Positions 39,531 to 52,899 of a stretch of 64,000 nt of DNA are shown here, in pieces (position 1 is the first letter of the stretch; every line of letters begins with the position of its first letter). The DNA comes from Octopus sinensis (Eukaryota). A program made the position numbers and the translations under genes. The stretch covers positions 31,868,001 to 31,932,000 of the forward strand of contig NC_043014.1 of NCBI RefSeq assembly GCF_006345805.1. Reading direction: 5' to 3'. The notes below the pieces were generated by a model that saw nothing but the letters and a program-made list of their open reading frames with translations, did no database searches and was not told where the DNA came from.

Positions 39531-40210
39531 AGAAGTAGCAGTAGTAGTATTGGTGGTGGTGGTGACAGTAGTAGTAGTAGTTGTAGTGGTAGTAGTAGTG
39601 GTAGTAAAAGCAGTAGCAGCAGCAACAACAGAATTGCCGATTTACTATTGCTATGCTTTTTATTGTTGTTGTTGTTTCGCTCCAAGCATGTTCTAATAGT
39701 GCAGGCCCCTTTTATCAAAGTTATTCCAAACATGACCATCCTGTCTTTATTTATTTTTTTAATTCAAAAATAGCATATCATTATCCTATGTTTCCATACT
39801 TTTCTTTTAAGGTGACAGGATGTAATCCAAATGCAAATATGACTGCTTTGCCTCATAGATCCACCCTAATTAACTCATATCATAATTATTCTTATAATTA
39901 CTAACACCTGCTTTCGATACTATTTCGAATGTTATTATTGTTATTGTTGTTGAGGTAATATATAGCTGATCTGATTATTACCTTGTTATTGCTAATGTTA
40001 CTGCACACCTGCTCCACTATACCTTGACCCCCACATCCCCAACTACTTACACTGCCATTTATCTTCAAATATGACATCCTGTCAGTTACCTGTGATTTAA
40101 AATTTCCTAAAATGTCCACCGGAAATACAGTCATTGGTTATTGCTTGAAAGGCCAGAAGAATGGTGCTGTTTGAGAGGCCAGCTGTTTTATCTTCTATCA
40201 CTGTATGAAT

Positions 40211-40520
40211 GGGAGGCACATGGCCTAGTGGTTAGAGCAGCGAACTCGCAGTTAAGGATCGTGAGTTCGAATCTCAGACCAGGCAATGTGTGTGTTTATG
40301 AGCGAAACACCTAAGCTCCATGCGGCTCCGGCACAAGGTAATGGCTAAACTTCTGCTACTCTTTTGCCACAACTTTCTCTCACTCTTTCCTCTTGTATCT
40401 TGTAGCTCACCTGCGATGGACCGGCATCCCATCCAGATGGAGAACCTATACGCCAAGGAAACCGGGAAACCGGCTGTGATGAGCCAAGCATGGCTTGAGA
40501 AGGAACAGACAAAAACAACA
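40211..40520 (+). mobile_element. SINE S3 copy with 10-bp TSD
   Basis: ACTGTATGAA at 40200-40209 and 40521-40530. Confidence 0.85.
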
Positions 40521-40982
40521 ACTGTATGAACGCAAGAGAATGTGGGTTCAGCAGTTTGGCTGTATGATGGTATGGTAGTATGACAGTATGGCAGTAAGTC
40601 TTTTACTGTTTCATGGCAATTCAAAACTACTTTAAGGATCAGTGATATTCTAAAGTTCAAGATTTCTTTTCATTCTATTACCAAAGATTACACAACACAT
40701 GCAATGCATATACATATTATATGTGTATGCACATACATCTACACACACATAACATTCACTTTTATGTGTGTGTGTGTGTGTGTGGTGTGTGTGTGTGTAT
40801 TATGAGCATGATCATGATCATTATCATTATCATTTAACGTCTGTTTTCTATGCTGGCATGGGTTAGTTGGATTGACCAGAGCTGGCAAGCAGAAGAACTA
40901 CACCAGGTTCCACTTTGATTTGGCCTGATTTCTATGGCTGGATGCCCTTCCTAACACCAATACACAGACACACTCACACACA

Positions 40983-41016
<34 letters not shown>

Positions 41017-41345
41017 TATATATATACATTAAAAAATTTTGCTATTTCAGCATACATTTTTCAGTTTGAAAACGGCTTTTTGAAGCTTAAAACTCATTCA
41101 CTGTAAACATTATTATTAAAGTAAAAATTATCCCCACTAAAAGCCATCTCTACTCATTTTTCAAATATAATACTGATGATGATGATGATGGCGACAGCGA
41201 CTAAGACAATGATATTGATGATGATGATGATGAGGATAACAACAACAACAATGAAAATGATGACGATGATGATGATGAGGACAATGACAACAATGACAAT
41301 GATGATGACGATGATGACGATGATAATGATGATAATGATGATAAC

Positions 41346-41383
<38 letters not shown>

Positions 41384-42062
41384 CAATGATGATGATGATG
41401 ATGATGATAACGATGATGATGATAACGATGATGATGATGATTTATGATGAACACATTTTTGTTCAGTATGTTCAATATTAGAATGGATTTTCTAAATTTT
41501 AAATTATTTCTTTAAAAATCTGCTGTGAACCATTTGAGAATCACTGGTCTTTTACACTCTCACACTCGACAGTCTACACGAGCACAAAGTCTTGTATTTC
41601 CTTAACAAATTAGGTTATTAGTTTCCTCTTAGTTCATTGTTAAGCAAACTTTAAACAAATTTCATATTCTATATGTGAGAGATATAAAAGTAAGAATTAG
41701 ATTTGACAATATGATTGTAAAAATAAAAGAGTACAAAGCATAAAAAAGGTCATGGCTGCGTGGTAAGAAGCTTGCTTTCCAACCACATGGTTCAGGTTCA
41801 GTCCCACTATGTGGCACCTTGGGCAATTGTCTTCTGGGAGAGTCTCAACGTGACCAAAATCTTGTAAATGGAATTGACAGGCAGAAACTGAAGGAAGCCT
41901 GTTGTGTATATATTTATATGTGTGTGTGTTTTTGTGTCTGTGTTTGTCCCTCACCACTGCTTGATAACTGGTGTTGGTGTGTTTATGTCCCCATAACTTA
42001 GCAATTTGGCAAAAGAGTCCAATAAAATAAGCAGCAAGCTTATATATATAAAAACAAACAAA

Positions 42063-42674
42063 GCTAGAAAAGCACTTGGAGATTGCAAACCTCTGCCAAG
42101 TAGCTCATTTCTGCCCATATACATGCATGCTGAAAATTGTCCAATTTCCAAACCAACCCCAGCAAAAACATAACCTCCTTGGCAGGAGTAAAAAAAAATA
42201 ACACAGCTATGTGATTTAAAAAAACCCTTTGGAAACAGGTTTCATCTGAAGCAGTTATAATACATCAATGACAATGGCAAGCTCTGCAGACCTTCGCCAA
42301 GCAGCTCATTTTAAGATAGATACGCGAGTAAAATTACTAATAGAGAAAGAAATGAAAATAAACTTTAGAAACAGCAATGCTACCATAGGTTACGTGGAAA
42401 TGATGAACGTGTTTTCAAGGGAGATAATCAAAGAATGTAACATTGTAATACTACATGTAAAGTAAATATAACAAATGAAAAATCTTTCAAGAAGCCATAA
42501 AATGTTCCAGATCACTACTAAAATTTCATCATCTATTCCTTATGTTATTACCAACTTTTCCTGCAAGTTTCATGAAATACCATTCACGGCTTTTTGTGTT
42601 ATTTTGCACACAGACGGACAGATAGACAGACTAACACTGATGGAAACATAACCTCCTTCCTTGGCGGAGGTAAA
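42063..42674 (+). mobile_element. Two Helentron-associated (HINE/DINE-1-like) non-autonomous elements
   Basis: Sub-terminal inverted motif ACCT(C/T)(T/C)GCCAAG ... CTTGGCGGAGGT, (ACAG)n-like tract and 3' hairpin ACCTCC...GGAGGT; copies at about 42063-42191 and 42265-42674. Confidence 0.6.
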
Positions 42675-42779
42675 AAGTACTGGAGTTAATTCATTTGACT
42701 AAAATTTCTTTAAGGCAATGCTCCAGCATGGCTACAATCTAATGACTGAAACAAGTAAAAAGATAAAGATAAAAATGAC

Positions 42780-43177
42780 TGGTGTAGGAGTGGCTGAGTG
42801 GTAAGTAGCTTGCTAACCAACCACATGGTTCCAGATTTAGTCCCACTGCGTGGCACCTTGGGCAAGTGTCTTCTACTATAGCCTCGGGCTGACCAAAGCC
42901 TTGTGAGTGGATTTGGTAGAGGGAAACTGAAAGAAGCCTGTCATATATATCTATATGTATGTATATATGTGTGTGTTTGTATGTCTGTTTTTGTCCCCCC
43001 AACATCGCTTGACAACCGATGCTGGTGTGCTTAGCAGTTCGGCAAAAGAGACTGATAAAATAAGTACTAGGCTTACAAAAAATAAGTCCTAGGGTCGATT
43101 TGCTTGATCGACTAAAGGCAGTGCTCCAGCATAGCCACAGTCAAATGACTAAAACAAGTAAAAGAGTAAAAGAGTAG
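42780..43177 (+). mobile_element. SINE S1 copy, full length
   Basis: Direct match to 2695-3113. Confidence 0.9.
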
Positions 43178-43955
43178 GAGACAGAGGTTTTGTTTTAATG
43201 TACCATCTATTTTCAGCTGGATTCATTGGACAACATTTATGAGAAAACTATTGCTACTAAACAACTCTTTTCTAGTTAAAATTTTATTGCTAACAAGATA
43301 TTTTCATCAGCAGAAATAAGTTTAGTGTTAACACTAGGTAAATACATCATCATTGCTGTGCTCACCATTATTAGTGAAGGCCACTTAGTGCATTGAATAA
43401 AATGAAGTAGGATAAAATATAATAAAATAAGAAAGAGAAAAGTTCTATTGTCAACAAATTTCTAGAAAATTTCCATCCAAAAATCAACAAATTTATTCAA
43501 TTTCTTTTCCCTATGAAATACAACAGAGAAGGAGAAACATTTGAAAGGAACCAAATGGAATTAGAGAATTTTGCCAAGGGGCAATATTGGATTGGGGAAT
43601 GAGTAAGTCACTTCAAGTTAACTCAAGCGCTCGTAATTGATTGCAGTTCTCCTCCTCTCAACCCACACTTAGCTTCCAACCACACCACACCACCCCTGCA
43701 TGCCACGCCATGCCATGCCATACACCGTCTCTCCTTTTCTTTCGAGCCAACACTTACATTCCCTTTCTCTCCTTCTCTCCACCATCACCACCACCACCAC
43801 AACCACCACCACCACCACCTGACTAACAGCACTCTATTCTGCAATATTTTGTTTATATTGTCCCTTAAGAACAAAATAAAAAAATACAACAGAACAAACA
43901 GAAACAAAATAAAATGTGTACACAAAAGCCAAACAAAAACAAAATGATAATTAAC

Positions 43956-43992
<37 letters not shown>

Positions 43993-44157
43993 TTTACATA
44001 TATATATGCAAACATTTATAATATATATATATGCATATATATATATACATGTACACATGCACACACACACACACACACATACGTACATACACACTCACAT
44101 ACATAAATGTATATATGTGATTGTGCATGTGCGTATGTATATATATATATATATGTT

Positions 44158-44201
<44 letters not shown>

Positions 44202-44674
44202 TGTACATATGCATATACATACACACATGCATACGTGCATACACACATGTTATGCATACACATATGCAAAAGAGAATATAATACCAATGAATACAAATAA
44301 GAATAAGAAATATATATAAAAAAAAAGATGACAAAATTTAAAACTAAAATTACTAAAAAAGAATACAGAGAAGAAACAAGAAGAAATATTCCTGATAATC
44401 TGGTGGAGGTGGGGGATATGAGGGTGAAAACAAATAAGGACACAGAGAGAGTGGCAAATTCATGTTCTTCTGGAAGAGTAGGACACACTTTGCCATCAGC
44501 TAAAATATGGTGCCGCAAGGGTTCAAGAAAATGGGATTTACATTTCAAGGAATTTTTACCTATTACAACAGATACTCCAAGAATAGCTACTCATATATAT
44601 AAATATATATATATATATTCTGTATGAATTGCTATTTATATGCATACACACACACACACATACACACACACACA

Positions 44675-44757
<83 letters not shown>

Positions 44758-44841
44758 TCATATATATGTATACATACATACATACACATGTATATTTATA
44801 TATGTGTATATATATATATAAATATATATATATACACACGT

Positions 44842-44898
<57 letters not shown>

Positions 44899-44914
44899 CA
44901 CATATACATATATA

Positions 44915-45323
44915 CTCTTTTTCTCTCTTTTACTTGTTTCAGTCATTTGACTGCGGCCATGCTGGAGCACTGCCTTTAATCGAGCAACTCGACCCCGGGA
45001 CTTATTCTTTTTGTAAGCTCAGTACTTATTCTATTGGTCTCTTTTTGCCGAACCGCTAAGTAACGGGGACATAAACACACCAGCATCGGTTGTCAAGCAA
45101 TGCTAGGGGGACAAACACAGACACACAAACACACACACGCGTATATATATACATATATACGACGGGCTTCTTTCAGTTTCCGTCTACCAAATCCACTCAC
45201 AAGGCTTTGGTCGGCCCGAAGCTATAGCAGAAGACACTTGCCCAAGGTGCCACTCAGTGGGACTGAACCCGGAACCATGTGGTTGGTTAGCAAGCTACTT
45301 ACCACACAGCCACTCCTGCGCCT
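44915..45323 (-). mobile_element. SINE S1 copy, full length
   Basis: Near-perfect reverse complement of 2695-3113. Confidence 0.9.
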
Positions 45324-45443
45324 ATATATATATATATATATAACGGGAAGCTTTATGAAAATAGACAAAAGACGAAGGCAGGTGGAGGAAAAACAAACAA
45401 ACAATTGTATAGTATGGCGCTCAGGAAATATAAATAAAACAAG

Positions 45444-45481
45444 TCTTTAACGTTTCGAGCCTACGCTCTTCAACAGAAAGA
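45444..45481 (-). ncRNA. Minimal type I hammerhead motif, family C (A6U variant)
   Basis: tcttt-CTGTTGA-a-gagc-gtag-gctc-GAA-ACGT-T-aaaga; palindromic ACGT in place of stem III. Confidence 0.65.
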
Positions 45482-46107
45482 TACACAGAGAAAAAAAACA
45501 CAGAAAGAAAGAAGAGAAAAAAATGCGTGCGCAGTAACTAACGAATCAACATGGCGATCTGATTTCGGCCAGAAGTCAAAGATCAAACATGAGACGCGAG
45601 AGCGAAATTAGGGGAGATAATAGGGTTGAATGACCTACTCCAACATAAGAGTGTGTGTGTGTGTGCGTGTATGAGAAAGTATTAGTGCGTATGAGAGGTC
45701 TGGACGTGTGTATGTATAGGGTTGGTGTATGTATTAGTATGTATTAGTATGTATTAGTTGGTGTATGTATTAGTATGGCACATCATATATGATGTGATGT
45801 GTAAAGTCGTGTGGTGTAGTGTGGAGAGAGGAGAAGAGGGGGGGAGGGGAAAGGGGAGGGGGAGAGGGTGAGGAGTGGTGAGGAGGGGGAGAAGGAAGGG
45901 GGAAGGAGGAAAGAGGGAGAGGGGGAGAGGGGAGAGAGAAGGGGAGTGAGAGAGAGAAGGGGAGTGAGGGAGCAGAGGGAAGGGGAAGAGGGAAGGAGGG
46001 AGGGAGAAAGAGGGAAGAAGGGAAGGGGAGTAGGGGTGAAAGGATGAAGGACTGAAGAGAAGTAGGGGTCGGGGGGGAAAAGTAGGTGAGGAGGGGGGAG
46101 AGGGGAG

Positions 46108-47154
46108 TTAGATGAGGAGGGGGGGAGAGTTGAGACCAAATGGCATATAAGAGCGAAGAGAGAAGATTAATTCCTGTTCACGGCGCAAACGGGAATCTGG
46201 ATGGCCTCTGTGTAAGGACAAACCGAACACAGACAGGTGTTGCAAGGAGTGACCGGTGGAGCGGAAATGGCGTGAGACCGGTGTGTCGTTCGCAAGGTGG
46301 ATGTCACGAAGGTGTTCCGCGAACCGGTCAGCCAAGCGGCGTCCCGTTTGTCCGATGTACAAGGAATGGCAGAGAGAGCAAGAGACGCAATAGATAATAT
46401 TGCTGGAGGTGCAGGTGAAGGAGTTGATGATGCGATAGGGTCGATGATGGGTGCTAGTGAGGAGGGTGGTGTTGGAGAGGTAAGGGCAAGTGCGGCAACG
46501 TGGGCGGGAGCAGGGGAACGAGCCGGGTTGGGAGGTAGGGTCAGGGAAGGAGCTATGGACCAAAAGGTCTCGAAGGTTGTGGGCTCGTTTGAAAGAGGGG
46601 AGTGGTCGGTTAGGGAAGAGGTGTGAAGTGGACGGGTCAGACTGGAGATGACGGAAAGCCCGAAGAATGGTGCATTGGAGAGGTAGGGTCGTGGGGTGGT
46701 AAGTGAGGGGAAAAGGGAGGCGGGAGACTACAGGGCGGGTTCGGGGAGAGAGAGCAGATACACGGTCCACGGACCGTGCTCTGGCAAGGGCGGTGTGGAT
46801 AGTAGTGAGGGGGTATCCACGTAGGGTGAAGTGGTGAGCCATACGTTGAGACTGAGTCTCAAAGTCATGGTCGTCACTACAGAGCCTACATAGATGGAGG
46901 AATTGGGAATAGGGGATGGAAAGCTTGGTGTGTTCTGGGTGGGAGGAAGAGAAGTTGAGGTATGAGTGTGAGTCTGTGTGTTTGTAGTGAATGGAGGTGG
47001 TAAGAGTGGAGTGAAGAATGCTAACCGAAATGTCGAGGAGGGAGACAGAGGTGTTGGAGATAGTGGAAGTGAAGTGGAGGGCTGGATGGAAAGATTGGAT
47101 GAAAGAGAGGAAGGAATCTAGATGTTCACGGGAGAGTAAGGTGGCACCGATAAT
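46108..47154 (-). CDS. Penelope-like RT C-terminal/thumb, Cys-rich linker and GIY-YIG endonuclease (truncated, 349 uninterrupted codons including stop)
   Basis: Frame stays open 104 codons upstream of the listed Met: IIGATLLSREHLDSFL...LLDI...HYKHTDSHSYLNFSSSHP...SIPYSQFL; then CSRPRCRTC and CTSSNIIYCVSCSLCHSLYIGQTGRRLADRFAEH. Confidence 0.9.
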   Translation of the reverse strand: MIGATLLSREHLDSFLSFIQSFHPALHFTSTISNTSVSLLDISVSILHSTLTTSIHYKHTDSHSYLNFSSSHPEHTKLSIPYSQFLHLCRLCSDDHDFETQSQRMAHHFTLRGYPLTTIHTALARARSVDRVSALSPRTRPVVSRLPFPLTYHPTTLPLQCTILRAFRHLQSDPSTSHLFPNRPLPSFKRAHNLRDLLVHSSFPDPTSQPGSFPCSRPRCRTCPYLSNTTLLTSTHHRPYRIINSFTCTSSNIIYCVSCSLCHSLYIGQTGRRLADRFAEHLRDIHLANDTPVSRHFRSTGHSLQHLSVFGLSLHRGHPDSRLRREQELIFSLRSYMPFGLNSPPLLI

Positions 47155-48134
47155 ATATATATATATATATATATATATGGATGGATAGATAGATACCTAA
47201 ATACATATACAGAATATTATATATTCAAATATGGACAAACACACGCACATGCACACACACACACACACATATACATACACATTTATATATATGTATGATT
47301 ATATATGTACATAAATACACACCACACACAAACACATACATATACAAACGCACACACACATATGTAAATATGTATATATATATAAGTATATATAAATATA
47401 TATATATATAATATATATATATATTTACATATATATATATGTAAGTAGTTGTGGCCAATGCCGGTGTCAAGTCAATGGTACCTGTGATGGTGGCATGTAA
47501 AAAGCATGCGCTACATTCTTGGAGTGGTTGGCAGTAGGAAGGGCATCAAGCTATAGAAACCTTGCCAAATCAGATTGGAACCTGGTGCAGCTCTCTAGCT
47601 TACCAGTTTTCAGTCAAACTGTCCAACCCATGCCAGCATGGAAAGCAGATATTGGACAATGATGATGATGATGATGATAATGATGATGATGACATATGTC
47701 TCTTTTGCTAAACCACTGGGTTACAGGGATATAAACACACCAACGCTGGTTACCAAGAAGTCGTCGGGGACAAACATAAACACAAAGACTCACACACTCT
47801 TTCTCCCTCTCTCTCACACACACACACAAAGACACATATACGACAAGCTTCTTTCAGTTTCTGTCAACTAAATCCATACATAAGGGTTTGGTTGAATCAA
47901 GCTATAGTAGAAGACACTCACCCAATGTTCCACACACAGTGGAATTGAACCAAGAACCATGTGGATGGGAACCAAACTCCTTTCCACACAGCCACACCTG
48001 CACCTATGTATATATTTGATGGGTTTTCTTGTCATAAATGACAGCCAAGGGCTCTGCAATTTCTTGTTGAACAATCTACACAAGTGATTTCTCAATAACA
48101 GTGGCTCACAACCAATTGTTATCTTTGGATCCCT

Positions 48135-48453
48135 TTATTCTTTTACTTGTTTCAGTCATTAGACTGTGGCCATGCTGGAGCACTGCCTTTAGTCGAATCA
48201 TTTGACCCCAGGACTTATTCTTTGTAAGCCTAGTACTTTAGGGACCTAAACATCAGTTGTCAAGCGACGTTAGGGGGATAAACATAGACACACAAACATA
48301 TACACACACATACATACATATCATCCAGCCGTAGAAACACTGCCAGATTTGACTGGGCCTGATGAAGCCTTCTGGCTTCACAGACCCCAGTAGAACCGTC
48401 CAACCCATGCTAGCATGGAAAACGGACGCTAAACGACGATGATGATGATGATG

Positions 48454-48484
<31 letters not shown>

Positions 48485-48650
48485 TACGACAGGCTTCTTC
48501 CAGTTTCCGTCTACCAAATCCACTCACAAGGCTTTGGTCGGCCTGAGGCTATAGTAGAAGACACTTGCCCAAGGTGTCACCCAGTGGGACTAAACCTGAA
48601 ACCATGTGGTTTGTAAGCAAGCTACTTACCACACAGCCACTCCTGCGCCT
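48135..48650 (-). mobile_element. SINE S1 copy with an S5 fragment inserted in its internal microsatellite
   Basis: S1 halves flank 48323-48455, which ends in (GAT)n. Confidence 0.8.
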
Positions 48651-49012
48651 CTGTTTACAACTTTATTCTGCTGGACCTCAATGGCCATTTGATGTATAAA
48701 AACTATTTTTATAGCTACTTTTTTCAAAATTCCTATTTTGTTTTTCACCCATTCACTTGTATAGATTGAACTATGTAAAATGTTCAAGAAAGAAACATAG
48801 CTGTTTCATTGCAATACATACATTTAGCATTGTAGTATTTAAACCAGCCATATCAGGCCAAAATATCTTAGCTGTTTTATGTACAAATTAGCCAGATCGG
48901 GTCTCTCTCACATAACTTGCAATGTCATTGAAATCTCAAAGTTACAAGATTATGCATGATTAGTTCAAAATAATGTGACTAAATGAATAAATAAACATTA
49001 CATTTGACTGAA

Positions 49013-49233
49013 CCCTTTAGTGTTCACATTATTCTGCCAAAGTTAATGCTTTTTTATCCTCATTGCTTTGAACTAATCATGCATTATCTCGTAGTTATGA
49101 GATTTTGATGAGTTAGCTATTAATTTTTAAGGTGATATTGTAGGGTTGGTGTGAGAGACCAGATATGGCCAGTTTGAACATGAAACCAGCAGAATACTTT
49201 GGGCCGGATATGGCCGGTTTAAATGCTAAAGGG
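49013..49233. mobile_element. piggyBac-type MITE, with a partial oppositely oriented copy at about 48825-49010
   Basis: CCCTTTAGTGTT ... AATGCTAAAGGG|TTAA. Confidence 0.75.
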
Positions 49234-49744
49234 TTAATTGGAACGCTAACGAGTAATCTCAAAACTGTTCATGGACCCTTAAAATACTAAAGTGGATGCC
49301 CAATTTATTATTTTGCTAATGTGGACCACCAGGGGTCAGATGGACTCCAGCTGATAACTACTGGTTGATAGTGATCAAATGTCTGTACAGTACATTGTCT
49401 CTGTTTGTTAAGTGGGCATTGGCTGTACAGGTGCATGGCTTGTCATACGTTAAACATTGAAGTGATCACAGAGTAATGTAGAACGATGGGGGTTTTTGCC
49501 CATGAGCACAACACACAGCCTGGTCTGGGAATTAAAGCCATTATCTTGTGATTGTAATGTGATTTCGAATATGTATATGTGTGTGTGTGTGTGTGTTTTT
49601 GTGTGCATGATTGTGTGTATGTGCACATGTGAATGTGTGTTTGTGTGTGCATATGCATATGTGTGTATATATGTTTGTATGTATATATATGTAGATATAT
49701 CTATTTGCATGTATGCATGCATCAATCTCTCCCTCTCTCTCACT

Positions 49745-49764
49745 CTATCTATCTATCCATCCAG

Positions 49765-49801
<37 letters not shown>

Positions 49802-49810
49802 CATCCATCC

Positions 49811-49873
<63 letters not shown>

Positions 49874-49896
49874 CTCTATCTATCTATCTATCTATC

Positions 49897-49965
<69 letters not shown>

Positions 49966-50043
49966 CATCTATCTATCTATCATCTATCTATCGATCTATC
50001 TATCTATCTATCTATCGATCTATCTATCTATCTATCTATCTAT
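49745..50043. repeat. (TCTA)n microsatellite
   Basis: Direct reading; similar arrays at 19594-19706 and 51660-51860. Confidence 0.95.
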
Positions 50044-50109
50044 AGATTATGTACATTTATGTGTTTGTGTGTGCGTATGTATGTTTGTATGTATATATGT
50101 ATGCATGCA

Positions 50110-50164
<55 letters not shown>

Positions 50165-51670
50165 GAATGTGTGTGCATGACTACAAAAAGAAAAAGAAAA
50201 GCACGTACACACACACACACACATGCACACACACATACATGCACACACACACACACGCTCACACACACATTGAGATACACAGCAATACACAAAAACCTAC
50301 CTAAAGACACACAAATACTCGGCAAACAGTTGTATCAGGAAATCATTGAAAAGGTTGCAGCTGTGTGATGAAAGACTTTGACAAACCAATTAGTAAATTA
50401 ATTAACTAATGAATTAATAATGAAAAAGAGAACTACAATCAGTGCATATGTTTTCACTGGCAGAATGATCTTTCACAAGCACCAAAACCTGTTCAACTTA
50501 TGACATTATATTCAGAATCTTGCTAAATAAATATAAAATCTCTCTTTCTATCTCTCTCTCATTAAATCTTTTTCCTTCCTCCTCTCTCTTATATTTAAAA
50601 AGAAAATACAACTAAATTTGCAAATTGTTGAAACACAATAACTGATAGGTTAAGGTCATCGACAAAACTGCCATCTCTTGCACACTCCACTACCACCACC
50701 GCCACCCTCACCACAACTACCACCATCACCAAAAAGTACCACCACTACCACCACCACGACTAACACCACCACTACCACCACTACCATCACCACCACTGCC
50801 ACCAACACCACCACCAAAAACCACCACCACCACTACCACCACCATCACCACCACCAAAAACCACTACCACCACCACCAAAAACCACCACCACCACCACCA
50901 CCGCCACACTCAACCACCACCACCACCGCCACACTCAACCACCACCACCACCACCACCACCACCACCGCCACCGCCGCCGCATCCACAACCATGACCACA
51001 GCCATTGCTGCCGCCGCCAATTATTCGTGCCGCCACCACAACCTTGCTGTCTTCATTCTGATGTCCATTTTTCCATGCTTGCATAGGTCAGACTCTGAAT
51101 GTGTTTTCATTTTCAGAGTGCTCTGCAGTCTGTTGAAGGCGAGCAAACCAAAACTTCAAAGTCACTGTCAACCTTTGGTTTATAAATGTTAATAAACGTA
51201 TATGTAGATACGTGTGTGTATGTGTATGTGTGTGTGTGTATATGTATGGGTGTGTGTGTGTGTGAATATCTATTATCTTTTGCTTGTTTCACTCTGTAGA
51301 CTGCAGCCATGCTGAAGCATCATCTTGGAAAATTTTTGTTGAACAAATTGACCCCAGTAATTTTTTAAACCTGGTACTTATTTTATTGGTCTCTTTTGCC
51401 AAACCACTAAGTAATAGGGACATTAACATGCACCAGCACCAGTTGTCAAGCATGGCAGGGGGGGGGGGCAAAAACAGACACAAACACACACACATACACA
51501 CACATTCACGATGGGCTTCTTTCAGTTTCTGTCTGCTGAATCCACTCACAAGGCTTTACTTGGCTTGAGGCTATAGCAGGAGACATTTGCCCAAGGTGCT
51601 AAAGGGTGTATGTATGCTTGCATGTATGTATATATTTGTGTCAGTAGTGTAGCCGTATCCATCCATCTAT

Positions 51671-51759
<89 letters not shown>

Positions 51760-51778
51760 ATCTATCTATCTATCTATC

Positions 51779-51859
<81 letters not shown>

Positions 51860-51916
51860 TTATATACACACACATATACAAACAAACACATATACATATA
51901 AATACATATACCTATG

Positions 51917-51954
<38 letters not shown>

Positions 51955-52140
51955 TATTAGGGAATAAATATTAGGGAATAAATCCAAATTTACAGGGAAA
52001 AAAAATCAGATTTAGGATTAAATCCAATTTTATAGTAAAATATTATAAAATATTATTAGAGACAAAACCACTATTTTGCAAAACAAACAAGGAAAGACTT
52101 AATCAATACATAAAATTTTAATAAATAGTCAAAAAAACCG

Positions 52141-52183
52141 CCACTACAATTGTTTCTTGTCTTGATCGACAATCTTCAGGTGG
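52141..52183 (-). ncRNA. Type I hammerhead motif, family A (minus strand)
   Basis: ccac-CTGAAGA-ttgtc-gatcaa-gacaa-GAA-ACAATTGT-A-gtgg. Confidence 0.8.
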
Positions 52184-52262
52184 ACTTCCAATAAGTCAGT
52201 TTCAAATTATGAAGTGAAATTAAATTCTTAGCCTCATAATTTGAAACTGACTTATTGGAAGT

Positions 52263-52305
52263 CCACCTGAAGATTGTCGATCAAGACAAGAAACAATTGT
52301 AGTGG
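52263..52305 (+). ncRNA. Type I hammerhead motif, family A (plus strand)
   Basis: Same motif; the stem III region ACAATTGT is a perfect palindrome. Confidence 0.8.
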
Positions 52306-52427
52306 CGGTTTTTTTGACTATTTATTAAAATTTTATGTATTGATTAAGTCTTTCCTTGTTTGTTTTGCAAAATAGTGGTTTTGTCTCTAATAATATTTAT
52401 AAATATATATATATATATATATGTATA

Positions 52428-52500
<73 letters not shown>

Positions 52501-52730
52501 GTTTATATATGAACAAAATAAGAATAAACAAAAACAAAAACAAATTACACGAACATATATAAACAGGAGATACTAATATTACAGACATTTCCCCCCACAC
52601 ACACACTAACTAAACATAGACGCACATAGAGATATACACATGCGCAAATGAAGACACATACAATAGAAATACAAAATGGCTGACGGTTAGTAAGGAGAGA
52701 CACGCAAATAAGAAAGAAGAAAGCAAAGGA

Positions 52731-52770
52731 CCACTGATGCGGTCACAGGAGTGTGACGAAAGAACTCTGG
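52731..52770 (+). ncRNA. Hammerhead-like motif, family D (A9C)
   Basis: cca-CTGATGC-g-gtcac-aggagt-gtgac-GAA-AG-aa-CTC-tgg. Confidence 0.5.
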
Positions 52771-52899
52771 CTGAAATAAGATTAAGATTAATGTAAAAAA
52801 TAAATAACGCTGAAGCAAAGTAACACCAAATATATAGTGCGTGTGTTTTTATTGGCTAAACTGGCAAAATGACCATTCCGAAATACAACAATATATATA

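Larger units (their letters stand above)
45343..47154 (-). mobile_element. 5'-truncated Penelope-like retroelement inserted in (TA)n
   Basis: RT-thumb plus GIY-YIG frame, pyrimidine-rich 3'UTR and an HHR near the 3' end; (TA)n on both flanks. Confidence 0.9.
51957..52398. mobile_element. Palindromic family-A element: 165-bp inverted arms with a 21-bp spacer
   Basis: 52048-52212 is the reverse complement of 52234-52398 with no mismatch seen by eye; same family as 21331-22045; embedded in (TA)n. Confidence 0.85.

Noticed and set aside
40050-40160. Possible minus-strand micro-exon ending at GTAAGT
   Set aside because: Ambiguous acceptor, several alternative frames and no recognisable peptide.
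45825-46130. G-rich polypurine tract with G-quadruplex or triplex potential
   Set aside because: Explained as the complement of the pyrimidine-rich 3'UTR of the Penelope-like element.
46140-46626. Plus-strand ORFs of 85 and 109 aa
   Set aside because: Antisense shadows of the Penelope ORF.
49496-50368. 290-aa ORF, the longest in the track
   Set aside because: (TG)n, (TCTA)n and (TA)n read-through giving IYLS repeats.
50365-50470. Possible C/D-box snoRNA (GTGATGA)
   Set aside because: No CTGA D box or terminal stem at a suitable distance.
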